Below, piece by piece: positions 28,277 through 37,528 of a DNA stretch of 52,554 nucleotides. The first letter of the stretch is position 1; every line of letters begins with the position of its first letter. The notes beneath the pieces are model-generated. The model did not search any database. It saw nothing but the letters and a program-made list of their open reading frames with translations, and had not been told where the DNA came from. The DNA comes from Candidatus Bathyarchaeia archaeon. GTDB taxonomy: Archaea > Thermoproteota > Bathyarchaeia > Bathyarchaeales > Bathycorpusculaceae. The stretch covers positions 1-52,554 of the forward strand of contig JBEKBM010000023.1 of assembly GCA_050015395.1 (NCBI GenBank). Direction: 5' to 3'. The position numbers were made by a program, and so were the translations under genes.

Positions 28277-30949
28277 ATGGCAATTCCCAAAAAAATCCAA
28301 GTCATAGTTATTTTGGCTCTATTGCTTGTTTCATCAGTTTTTGCTTCACTTTCAACTTTGCAGACAGGTTCTACTTCTGTAAGTGCCCAAGTTAACGCTA
28401 ATACAACTCCCACTCAAGGCAATTTGAGTCAGTACGAGTGGCCGGAGTTTCAAGGCGATTCATCTTCTTCACGGTTCTCAGCGGGACCAGCCCCTGACAC
28501 ATCAAACATACTCTGGAAAGCTAATGTAACGGGAATACAACCCTATATTGCAGCATTTGACGGAATGATTTTCGTCTGCACCAACAATTCAGTCGTTGCA
28601 ATTGACCAAACAGGAAACATCGTCTGGAACACAACCATTCAAATGATTGGAAATTGGCCAATAGCGTACGAAATCGATGATTCACACATGGTTGTGGAAA
28701 GCAGCTGTCTTGACCCACTAACGGGAAACATTCTATGGACTAGCACGCAGTTCACAGCTGACACAGGTCCTCTTTTCATGGCCAATGTCTACAGTCCAGA
28801 AGAGCAAATGTTTTACACTAAAGTCGGTTCCTACGTTGATGCTTGGAGCTTTTCTGATCCTTCGATACCGCCAACATTAGCCTGGGCAACCTATGTTCCA
28901 GGCGGCGGCATCGATGGTTCCGGAATAACATACGGCGGCGGCATGGTGTTCCCTGGCTCTTTCTTGAATCAACAAATGGCGCTCAACGCCACGACAGGTA
29001 AAGTCCTATGGGATACCCCCACAAAAGGACCAATGATCTTCAGTGGCTCCTATTATGATGGCAGATTCTTAAGAGGGGGAACAGATGACAATACAATGTA
29101 CTGTTTCAATGCCACAAACGGTCAAATCCTGTGGACATACACGCCAGACACGAACGGATACTTCTGCGTAGGCTGTGCAGTAGCGTACGGAATGGTTTAC
29201 GAACTCAATAAAGACGGAAACCTTTACGCTATCAACATAGAAACCGGCAATCTGGTATGGAAATACAAAGGGCCAGGTCCACTTGTCTTTCCAGGAAATC
29301 CCACAGTTGCGGATGGCATGGTCTATGCAACAACAGGGCAGAACGCGCAATACCTTGGTCAGGTCGGCCACTCCCAGTTTGCATGTTTAAACGCCTATAC
29401 TGGAAAGCCCATTTGGAAGCTTCCTATAGAAGCATTAGCTCCAAGAGAATCCGTCGCTGTGGCATACGGCACCTTATACCTCATCCCAGGCGACGTTACA
29501 ACGGCTGTTGACACAATCTCAGGAGCCGAGTATACCTCGCTTAATCAATTGTGGGCGATAGGGACCAACTCTACGAAAATACCAACGCCTTCAGCCACTC
29601 CAACTCCAACAGGTACACCGATTTCAACGCCAATACCTACTCCAGTACCTACACCAACGTCAACGCCGATTCTAACTTCAATTACTGCTAGTAATTGGCC
29701 TATGTGGGGGAACGATCCAGCGCACTCCTCTACCGCTCAAGTAGGTCCCTCAAACCTCACTTTGGCTTGGAAATTCACAACTAACGGAGCAGTTATCTCT
29801 TCGCCAACCGTGGCAGATGGAATAGTCTATGTTGGTTCAGAGGACAAGAACATATATGCCATTGGAGCGTTGAACGGCAGTCTCATCTGGAACTTCACCA
29901 CTCGGGACGCTGTTGAATCTTCGCCTGCCGTGGCAAATGGCAAAGTTTACACGGGAGGCGATGACGGATACGTTTATTGCCTCAACGCTTACACGGGTGC
30001 CCTCATCTGGCAAACATTCGTCAACGGCGACCTGCCTTTTACGTTTGGGGACATAGTGCTTAAATCTTCACCAGTTGTGTCTGGAGGCATAGTTTACATT
30101 GGGTCATTGGACGGCTACTTGTATGCTCTTGACGCAAACAACGGCAACATCGTCTGGCAGGCTAAAACCAATGGGCCAATCGAATGTTCTCCAGCCGTTT
30201 CTGATGGCGCCGTCTACTTCACTTCAGAAGAACCGACGGCAGGCGCTCTTTACAAACTTGACGCCAACACTGGGGCTGTGATTTGGAAACTACCACTTCC
30301 CTATGTATCTGTATTCACAGGGGGCGATGAGATGTTGGGTTCTCCATCGGTCGCAGATGGCATGGTTTTTGCATCCTCCAACGTGAGGAATTATTACAGT
30401 ATAAACGCGACTACAGGTGACATTATTTGGACATACACGGATCCAGCTGCAAACGAGTATATTTACTGTTCACCAATTTATGTTAACGGTGAACTTTTCA
30501 TCATCGACAAATTCAACATAGCGTGTCTTAATGCAACGAATGGTCACGCCTTTTGGAGCTTCTTCACCGGGGACGAGTTATATATTTCACCCACATACGC
30601 CGACGGCAAAATCTACGATGTAACTAGCCAACGTGACGTATACATACTTAACGCAAATAATAACGGCGCAAAAATCGCAGCCTACACCACACCTTCCAGT
30701 AGCTGGTCTTCACCAACCATAGCCAACGGAATGTTATATGTGGGATGTAACGATTGGAACGTTTACTGCTTCTCAAATGACATCACTAACCAAACTTCAA
30801 CTTCAACCCCATCACACAACGTCACGTTAGCACCTGGCTTGCTGGCATTCGTCGCCGCTATAGCCATAGTTGTGGTTGTTGTAGTTGCTGTGCTCGGCTA
30901 TGTAATCAGAAAAAGGGGCAAAAAATCAACGGGCGCTTTAGCAAGCTAA
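28277..30949 (+). CDS. Secreted double PQQ-like beta-propeller protein with PT-rich linker and C-terminal TM
   Basis: Signal peptide; two WP..GD caps; SSP.VA.G.VY repeats; PTPTP linker; TM + RKRGKK. Confidence 0.9.
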   Translation: MAIPKKIQVIVILALLLVSSVFASLSTLQTGSTSVSAQVNANTTPTQGNLSQYEWPEFQGDSSSSRFSAGPAPDTSNILWKANVTGIQPYIAAFDGMIFVCTNNSVVAIDQTGNIVWNTTIQMIGNWPIAYEIDDSHMVVESSCLDPLTGNILWTSTQFTADTGPLFMANVYSPEEQMFYTKVGSYVDAWSFSDPSIPPTLAWATYVPGGGIDGSGITYGGGMVFPGSFLNQQMALNATTGKVLWDTPTKGPMIFSGSYYDGRFLRGGTDDNTMYCFNATNGQILWTYTPDTNGYFCVGCAVAYGMVYELNKDGNLYAINIETGNLVWKYKGPGPLVFPGNPTVADGMVYATTGQNAQYLGQVGHSQFACLNAYTGKPIWKLPIEALAPRESVAVAYGTLYLIPGDVTTAVDTISGAEYTSLNQLWAIGTNSTKIPTPSATPTPTGTPISTPIPTPVPTPTSTPILTSITASNWPMWGNDPAHSSTAQVGPSNLTLAWKFTTNGAVISSPTVADGIVYVGSEDKNIYAIGALNGSLIWNFTTRDAVESSPAVANGKVYTGGDDGYVYCLNAYTGALIWQTFVNGDLPFTFGDIVLKSSPVVSGGIVYIGSLDGYLYALDANNGNIVWQAKTNGPIECSPAVSDGAVYFTSEEPTAGALYKLDANTGAVIWKLPLPYVSVFTGGDEMLGSPSVADGMVFASSNVRNYYSINATTGDIIWTYTDPAANEYIYCSPIYVNGELFIIDKFNIACLNATNGHAFWSFFTGDELYISPTYADGKIYDVTSQRDVYILNANNNGAKIAAYTTPSSSWSSPTIANGMLYVGCNDWNVYCFSNDITNQTSTSTPSHNVTLAPGLLAFVAAIAIVVVVVVAVLGYVIRKRGKKSTGALAS

Positions 30950-30968
30950 GTATTCAATCACTATCAGC

Positions 30969-32438
30969 TTAATCTTGCTGGTCTTTGCTTGGAGTACTGT
31001 GTCCGCCCGGACTCTTTTTTGTGTGTCTAACTTTAACTAGCTGTCTGAATGCCCATCTTGAGAACCTGTATTTCCATACAAGATGGTTTAGTGCCATGCG
31101 CGCCATGATTTGGCTGTGGAAGTCTCCTCTGAGTTTCTTTCGCAGGTAGTATGTTGGGGTAAAGAAGCTGTCGTAGAGTGCTTTTTTGGTTTCCTCTAAC
31201 TTTTCAAGCGGCAAGAGAATGTTATTGAAAACTTGCGTTTGCTCGTGGTATTGGTTCCAGTCTTCAGACATTGGTAAACCTAATTCTTTGATGTAGTTGT
31301 AGAGTTCGGTGCCTGGGTAAGGAACTGCCTCGCACATGTAAACGTAGTCAGGCTTTGTTTTGTGGATAAAGTCTATTGTTTGCTGAAGCATCTTCGGCGT
31401 TTCGCCTGGGTAACCGATGACAAGGGAAATGGCGACCAGTATCCCTGAATCTTTAGCCATTTTTATGGCTCTTGCATTCTGCTCAACAGTGGTGCCTTTC
31501 CGCATAATGTTTAGCATCTGTTGGCTACCCGATTCAACGCCGAAGTGGATGAGTTGGCAGTTTGTGCTCCTGAGTTTAGTTAAAAGTTCTTTGGATACTT
31601 TGTCTACTCTTGTTCGGCAGTCCCATGGAAGCTCAAATTTTCTGGTTTTCATTTCGTCGCATATTGCGATTGCCCGTTTTACGTCAAAAGTGAATGTGTC
31701 ATCATAGAAGGCGAAGGCTCCTGCTCCAAAAGTGTCCCTTAGCCACTCAAGCTCGTCTACAACTTTGCTTGGGCTTCTCGTCCTGAAGCCTTTTCCACAC
31801 ATCTTAGATGCCAAGCAGAAGGCGCAGTTGAAGGGGCATCCTCTGCTGGTTATTATTGGCATGTAGGTTACTCCAGAAATTTTGTATCTGGTTACATCAA
31901 AGTGCTTATGGGCTGGATAAGGAAATGAATCGATATCTTCTATGAAAGGTCTGTCAGGGGTGCGGAAAATTTGACCGTTCTTTTTAAAAGTTATGCCTGC
32001 CACTTCGCTGAGGCTTTTCAGGTTGCCATTGGACACTAAAGCGGTAAGCTCCAGCATGGTTTGTTCCCCTTCGCCTCGCACCACGATATCTACGTCTGCG
32101 CTTTCAGTGAAGGTTCGCTCATCCATAACCGTAACGTGTGGACCACCAATCATGGTTAAGCAGTTTGGCAGAGCCGTTTTGGCGGCTTTCAAAATTTGAA
32201 GCGCAGGCAAGTAAGTTACAGTGGCGGATGTTACGCCGATTATGTCGGGGTTAAGACTTCTAAACTTGTCTTCCAGTTCTTTTTGGCTTGGTCTGGAAAC
32301 CTGGCAATCAACCACATCCACCTCATACCCCTTTTCCTCAAGCACTGCTACCAAGTAGCTGATGCCAAGAGGGATAAAGACGGCTTGCGGCACATCCTCT
32401 GGATAAGGTGGATTTGCAAGTACTACGTGAGCTTTCAC
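30969..32438 (-). CDS. B12-binding radical SAM enzyme (class B methylase/BchE-like)
   Basis: PLGISYL, GGPHVT, RGEGE, SRGCPFNCAFC, DDTF, FGVESG, IGYPGET. Confidence 0.93.
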   Translation of the reverse strand: MKAHVVLANPPYPEDVPQAVFIPLGISYLVAVLEEKGYEVDVVDCQVSRPSQKELEDKFRSLNPDIIGVTSATVTYLPALQILKAAKTALPNCLTMIGGPHVTVMDERTFTESADVDIVVRGEGEQTMLELTALVSNGNLKSLSEVAGITFKKNGQIFRTPDRPFIEDIDSFPYPAHKHFDVTRYKISGVTYMPIITSRGCPFNCAFCLASKMCGKGFRTRSPSKVVDELEWLRDTFGAGAFAFYDDTFTFDVKRAIAICDEMKTRKFELPWDCRTRVDKVSKELLTKLRSTNCQLIHFGVESGSQQMLNIMRKGTTVEQNARAIKMAKDSGILVAISLVIGYPGETPKMLQQTIDFIHKTKPDYVYMCEAVPYPGTELYNYIKELGLPMSEDWNQYHEQTQVFNNILLPLEKLEETKKALYDSFFTPTYYLRKKLRGDFHSQIMARMALNHLVWKYRFSRWAFRQLVKVRHTKKSPGGHSTPSKDQQD

Positions 32439-32554
32439 GTCGCTTCCCCGACTTTAATAATGGAAAACGGTTAAGCCAACTATTATGTGTTTTGCAGATA
32501 CGTGTGTCGTAAACTTAATAACTTGTTAGAGCATCATTTATTTTCGGTGTAGCA

Positions 32555-32767
32555 ATGACTGAAAAATCGATACAAGCTCCTGAGATAAGCGCTGAAGAAT
32601 ACAAAAAATACCGAGGAAAAGATGTAGCCTTATACAAGAACAAAATAATAGCAGATGGAGAAACTTCAGAGGAAGCACTACGGAGAGCCCTAAAAAAGTA
32701 TCCTGAGTTAAAGCCTGCAGACATCGAAATTTATTACATAGAATCAGCGGATGAACTAATCCTTTGA
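32555..32767 (+). CDS. DUF5678-like small protein (HicB-like G.T.EEA motif)
   Basis: Y.KYRGK.VAL...KIIA.GET.EEAL..A.KK.P. Confidence 0.8.
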   Translation: MTEKSIQAPEISAEEYKKYRGKDVALYKNKIIADGETSEEALRRALKKYPELKPADIEIYYIESADELIL

Positions 32768-33183
32768 AGCGCTATAGTTTCAAATATACACCTGAACCAA
32801 CAAAAAAGGGCGTAATCAACCGTCCAACAGCACGAGTCTTTCTGCAATCAACAAAAGATGAGTGGTACGCCTTCAGAGTTTACGTTGATTCGGGCGCAGA
32901 TCTTTCCCTTTTCAGAAAATCAGACGCCAAACTCATAGGTTTGGACTTGTACAAAGGTGAATATCATCCTGTGATGGGGATAGCGAAAACGCTGATACCT
33001 ACTTACATACACAAGGTTAAAATCAAAATAGGAGAGACAACTTTGGGTGTCATTGTTTCGTTTGCTGACTCTGATGAAGTTCCAAGATTACTAGGCAGAA
33101 CCGACATCTTTAAGCATTTCAAAATAACTTTTGACGAGAATAGACTTGAAATAATTTTCGAGGAAGCGAAAAATACAGAATAG
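32764..33183 (+). CDS. Cytoplasmic clan AA (retropepsin-like) aspartyl protease
   Basis: VDSGAD catalytic motif and LLGR.D psi-loop; TTGA overlap with the upstream gene. Confidence 0.85.
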   Translation: MKRYSFKYTPEPTKKGVINRPTARVFLQSTKDEWYAFRVYVDSGADLSLFRKSDAKLIGLDLYKGEYHPVMGIAKTLIPTYIHKVKIKIGETTLGVIVSFADSDEVPRLLGRTDIFKHFKITFDENRLEIIFEEAKNTE

Positions 33184-33211
33184 TTGGTTTCATGTAGGAT
33201 AAAGTGGCAAT

Positions 33212-34780
33212 TTGTCAGCAGATTTAGCATTCATTAACGCAAACGTTAGGACCATGAACCCACGTCAGCCTGTTGCTCAAGCAGTGGCAATAAGAAAAAA
33301 CAAAATCGTCAAAGTAGGCACAAACCAAGAGATAAACCAGTTAATCGGCAAGAGCACAAAAGTCATCAGCCTAGACGGAAAAACAGTGGTTCCCGGCTTA
33401 ATTGACACTCACATACATGTGGCAGACTTTGGCAGATGCCTGTTATGGCTTGACTTAACCAGCGCAGAATCAATCAAGGAACTGCAAAGCCTCCTAAACG
33501 AGAAGGCAAAGCAAACGCCTGCTGGGAAATGGATAATCGGTCGCGGCTGGAACCATAACCGCTTCAAAGAAAAACGGCTACCCCACCTCTCGGACTTAAA
33601 CGAGGCCGCACCCGACAACCCCGTAATTCTATACCATGAAGCAGCAATGATATGCGCTGTAAACAGCAAAGCCTTATCTTCAGCTGGCGTGACACGGCAA
33701 ACCGATGTGCCTTCAGGTGGAACCATTGATAAAAACTCGCAGACGGGTGAGCTTACGGGCATTTTACGGGACAGCGCCACCAGCATAGTTTGGCAAGTAG
33801 TTCCTCAACCAACCGCCGATGAACTTTCGGAGGCAACGTCGCTAGCTTGCCAAAAAATCGCTGAAGCTGGAGTAACCAGCGTGCACTGGATAGTGCTCTC
33901 GGAGAACGAGCTTCCGATAATTCAGAGACTTCATGCAGAGGGAAAACTTCCTATCAGGGTTAACGTGATAGTTCCCGACACGCTCTTAAAAGAAGCTGTG
34001 GGTTTCCTGTCAACTGACATTTTAATGTTGCATGTTGGCGGCGCTGTAATTGCTACGGACGGGTATTTAGATTCTAAAACAGCGGCATTGTTGCAGCCCT
34101 ACAGTGATGAACCAAATAACAACGGCAAAATGCTCTGCACTGAGCAGGAATTGGCGGCTTCTGTGGCGCAGGTTTTAGCGGGGGGTCTTCAGCCAGTTAT
34201 ACATGCCATGGGCGATAAGGCTGTGGATGCCGCATTGACGGTAATTGAACAGACTTCAAAACAAGCGGCAGGTAAACGTATTCGCTTTCGCATAGAGCAA
34301 GCCGCGGTTCTAAACAAAGAATTAGTCAAGCGCTTGAGAGCTCAAAAAGTCGTGGTTTCGGTTCAGCCTAAAGTTATTGCTACAGAATTTGCTGTTTGGT
34401 CAGCCACAGAGCGCCTTGGTATTGAAAGAGCTAAGTGGCTTCATCCGCTCAAAACTCTGCTCAAAGAGGGCGTGAAGGTTGTTGGCGGTTCAGACTGTCC
34501 TATGGAGCCTTTGAGCCCTATGCTTGGTATGCAAGAAGCTTTGCTGAGAGAGAATTTTCCTGAACAGCGCTTAAGCGTTGAGGAAGCCTTGCGCATGTAC
34601 ACAGTTGATGCAGCCTACTCGTCTGGTGAAGAAAACATCAAGGGATCAATTGAAGGTGGCAAGCTAGCAGACTTCACAATTCTAAATAAAGACCCGCTTT
34701 TGATTTCAACAAATAAAGTTAAAGACATTAACATAGAGATGACAATCATAGACGGAAAAGTGGTTTATTCCAAGCACTAA
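33212..34780 (+). CDS. Amidohydrolase family 3 (YtcJ-like)
   Basis: PGLIDTHIH, IHAMGD, GSDCP, GSIE.GKLADF. Confidence 0.9.
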   Translation: MSADLAFINANVRTMNPRQPVAQAVAIRKNKIVKVGTNQEINQLIGKSTKVISLDGKTVVPGLIDTHIHVADFGRCLLWLDLTSAESIKELQSLLNEKAKQTPAGKWIIGRGWNHNRFKEKRLPHLSDLNEAAPDNPVILYHEAAMICAVNSKALSSAGVTRQTDVPSGGTIDKNSQTGELTGILRDSATSIVWQVVPQPTADELSEATSLACQKIAEAGVTSVHWIVLSENELPIIQRLHAEGKLPIRVNVIVPDTLLKEAVGFLSTDILMLHVGGAVIATDGYLDSKTAALLQPYSDEPNNNGKMLCTEQELAASVAQVLAGGLQPVIHAMGDKAVDAALTVIEQTSKQAAGKRIRFRIEQAAVLNKELVKRLRAQKVVVSVQPKVIATEFAVWSATERLGIERAKWLHPLKTLLKEGVKVVGGSDCPMEPLSPMLGMQEALLRENFPEQRLSVEEALRMYTVDAAYSSGEENIKGSIEGGKLADFTILNKDPLLISTNKVKDINIEMTIIDGKVVYSKH

Positions 34781-35566
34781 GTCGCAATTTTGCGTGCCTA
34801 CGAAAAATGGCTAAATCGAAATTGAATGATAATTTGACGTAAAATTGATTGCCATTACAGAATTAAGGGTGCGCATAATTTAAGGTGTTTCTGGATTTTG
34901 TTTTGTTATGGTCGCCTGTGAGGTGAGAGGTTTTTTCGTCAACGAGGATGTTGTTTCTGTCGGGTTCCAAAGGCGCGGAAACCATGGCTGTGGGCAGCTC
35001 AAGTCTTAGAAGTTCTTGTTTTCGCTATATTGAATGGATTAGAGACTGGCATCTGCGTAGGAGAGTTCAGGTTCTGCGAGGAGTCGCAAGCGACTTTCTC
35101 ATATAGCCTCAACGAGTTGGCGCGCCAGAAAAGCCACCGAAGGCAAACTGAAGTTGGTCCTACTACTCTTAGGTGTCTATGCTGTAACCCTCTCAATAGG
35201 CACTAAGCATCCTTTGGCAACAAACCGCCATGGTGCGATATTCACCGCGGGGATAACTACAGCATTCATTCTGTCCGTGTTCGCTTTCAACTCGCCTTAG
35301 AACAGTTATCTGCCCAACTCTAATCCAAACCCTAATCACCAATGAAAAGATAGGCATCGACTTAGACCCTTTTTGGAATGCGAAGTCGCAAAGTTAAAAC
35401 CGAAGCTAAGCAGGCAGCTCATAACTTTTAAGCTCACTTTAATAGGTCGCTTTCAAACTTGTTTTTGGTTTTTGGTTTGCGTTTGGATTTAGGGTGAATT
35501 TTGAAAAAGTATTTAATACTTCTATTGTACTCTCTCAGAGGCACTTAGAAAGGATAAAAATGGGAT

Positions 35567-36541
35567 ATGAATAAAATGAAAAAGATCATAACTTTCCTTC
35601 TGGTTTTCCTGTGCGTTGCATCTTTGTTTTTTGTGTTCTCTTCTGGAGCTTTTGGCCAAACAAACATTCTGCAGGTCAAAAGCTACAATGGGTACACTGA
35701 CCCTGCCACCGGCTATTATGTAGTGGTGGGTGAAGTGCAGAACGTTGGATCAGATACAATAACTGATGCGACGATAAGTGGAACAATACAATGCACATCA
35801 AACGCCTCGGAAATCGCCGCCGCTCCTGACTTCTCATACATATACGCTAACTATATTTCACCCAATGCTACAGCACCCTTCGGCATGGCTTTCTACGGCG
35901 ACACAAGCACCACTGGTGACCTCAGTTGGGTTCCTCTTGGCGTAAACGTAACACTCAATACCTATGTCCTCTCCACGAACGGCACCCAACAAAATAACGG
36001 ACTCTACATAACAAGTGACCAGTCAAGCATAATATCAGGCAACTACACCGTCACTGGCGTCGTAACAAACAAGGGCAACCTGTACCCCTCGGACGTTATG
36101 GTTGCAGCCTCATTCTATAACTCTGCAGGGCAAGTCATCGCCATAGGATATACTGACACTAATCAACAATTAGCTCCAAACAACGCCATAGACTTCTCAG
36201 TGAGCCCACTTAGTCCAACGACAGCGATAACAGCTGAAATCGCGACATATGCCCTCTATCCTGTAATTCCACCAGAGGCAACTACTACGCAAACTACTAC
36301 GCAAACTACTACGCAGCCTACTACGCAGCCTTCATCCTCTCCTGTTGCTTCTCCCTCGCCTTCATCGTCCGCTTCCACTTCGACTGGTCTACCCTTGAGC
36401 GACCTTTACGCGATAGTCACAGCGGTTGTTGCCATCGTGATTATAGCTGCTTTAACGATTGTGTTGACAAGACGCCCTAAAGCCAAAGCAGCCAATTATC
36501 CAAGTCCGCCACCGATTCCGCCTCCTCCGCCGCCTATGTAG
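35567..36541 (+). CDS. Secreted tandem FxLYD/DUF3426-like Ig-domain protein with TM and polyproline tail
   Basis: VVGEVQNVG and VTGVVTN.G..V.V.ASFYN..G.VI repeats; T/Q/S/P linker; TM; PPPIPPPPPPM. Confidence 0.8.
   Translation: MNKMKKIITFLLVFLCVASLFFVFSSGAFGQTNILQVKSYNGYTDPATGYYVVVGEVQNVGSDTITDATISGTIQCTSNASEIAAAPDFSYIYANYISPNATAPFGMAFYGDTSTTGDLSWVPLGVNVTLNTYVLSTNGTQQNNGLYITSDQSSIISGNYTVTGVVTNKGNLYPSDVMVAASFYNSAGQVIAIGYTDTNQQLAPNNAIDFSVSPLSPTTAITAEIATYALYPVIPPEATTTQTTTQTTTQPTTQPSSSPVASPSPSSSASTSTGLPLSDLYAIVTAVVAIVIIAALTIVLTRRPKAKAANYPSPPPIPPPPPPM
36281..36328 (+). repeat. In-frame 12-bp tandem repeat (ACTACTACGCAA variants x4) encoding TTTQ/PTTQ linker
   Basis: Read directly. Confidence 0.85.
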
Positions 36542-36559
36542 CTCGCAAAATCTGTTTTT

Positions 36560-37354
36560 TCACTCGCGCGTTGCCTTGTGCCAGAGTAACTCAAAATAGC
36601 CGTTAGATATCGCAACTAAGTTATGGTTATTCGTCCATAACGCGCCCGTAGCGTTCAGATCCGGTTTGGGGTCAGTGGCAAAAAACACTTCCCGCTCATC
36701 AATCACACAAAACATAACCGGCAAAGGAGCATGCACATACCTAACTTCGTACAGGCGATTTTCTGGCAAAGGCGTCACACTTCGCTCCAGCTCCTTCCTG
36801 TTGGTTCGGGGCTTGTTTGAGAGCAGCTGAATCTTTACCCCTCTCCGGATGGCACTCTGATGCATCACCGGAAGATCTCTAATGCTGGGTTCGTCGTTGC
36901 CTCTAAACTCCATAATTGTGTCAACCTTCTTCTGCGCTGCATTGATGGCTTGCTCAATTCTGCGGGCATGTGCCGATTTTTCTGAAATCATGATGAACTT
37001 GAACTCTTCTTGAGGCATGTTTTCCTTTTTTTCCGCTTTGAATTTTTGAAGCATCTCCCTCGTTTTTTCTTCAATTTCATGATACTCGTTAGACTTATTT
37101 TTCAGAAGAAGCGAAACCCCTTCCTGCAATGAGACCCCCTCATAAACATTCGGCGCCTCAATTATCTTCTGAACTAAACCCAACTTTTGCAAGTTCAAAA
37201 TCGTCCGGTAAGTATCTGAACGGTCAGTACTCGCCATTTCCGAGATAGCTTTTATAGTTGCCTTCCCCGTATTAACCAACGCAAGGTAGATTTTAGCCTG
37301 CAGTACAGTCAATCCAGCCCTGTTTAGGATCTGAATTTCTTCATCCTGAAGCAT
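36560..37354 (-). CDS. TrmB family transcriptional regulator
   Basis: GLT.LQAKIYLAL...G.ATIK.IS......RSDTYR....LQ.LGLV; IDEREV, LWTNN..L....YFE.LW; ATG at 37354 (MLQDEE) preferred. Confidence 0.88.
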   Translation of the reverse strand: MLQDEEIQILNRAGLTVLQAKIYLALVNTGKATIKAISEMASTDRSDTYRTILNLQKLGLVQKIIEAPNVYEGVSLQEGVSLLLKNKSNEYHEIEEKTREMLQKFKAEKKENMPQEEFKFIMISEKSAHARRIEQAINAAQKKVDTIMEFRGNDEPSIRDLPVMHQSAIRRGVKIQLLSNKPRTNRKELERSVTPLPENRLYEVRYVHAPLPVMFCVIDEREVFFATDPKPDLNATGALWTNNHNLVAISNGYFELLWHKATRE

Positions 37355-37444
37355 TACACACCGTTCTCCTGCATGCCCGATAAAGCATATCATTCGCCTT
37401 TTATAAAATTTGGTCTATTACCGCTTACACCCCTCCTAACTGTT

Positions 37445-37476
37445 GTTGGGGACACCATCCACCAACTGTTTTAAAC
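37445..37476 (+). promoter_or_regulatory. Inverted repeat GTTGG-N12-CCAAC directly upstream of a TATA-like TTTTAAA; candidate TrmB site
   Basis: Lies in the divergent trmB / beta-propeller intergenic region. Confidence 0.4.
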
Positions 37477-37528
37477 TCAACCAACCATAGCATCACTGTT
37501 ATATAAAAATAAGGAGAGAAAAATACAA

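Noticed and set aside
24379-30949. PQQ-dependent dehydrogenases with a pqq biosynthesis operon
   Set aside because: The repeats look like generic BamB-type blades; no pqqA/B/C/D seen and the SPASM protein is not clearly PqqE
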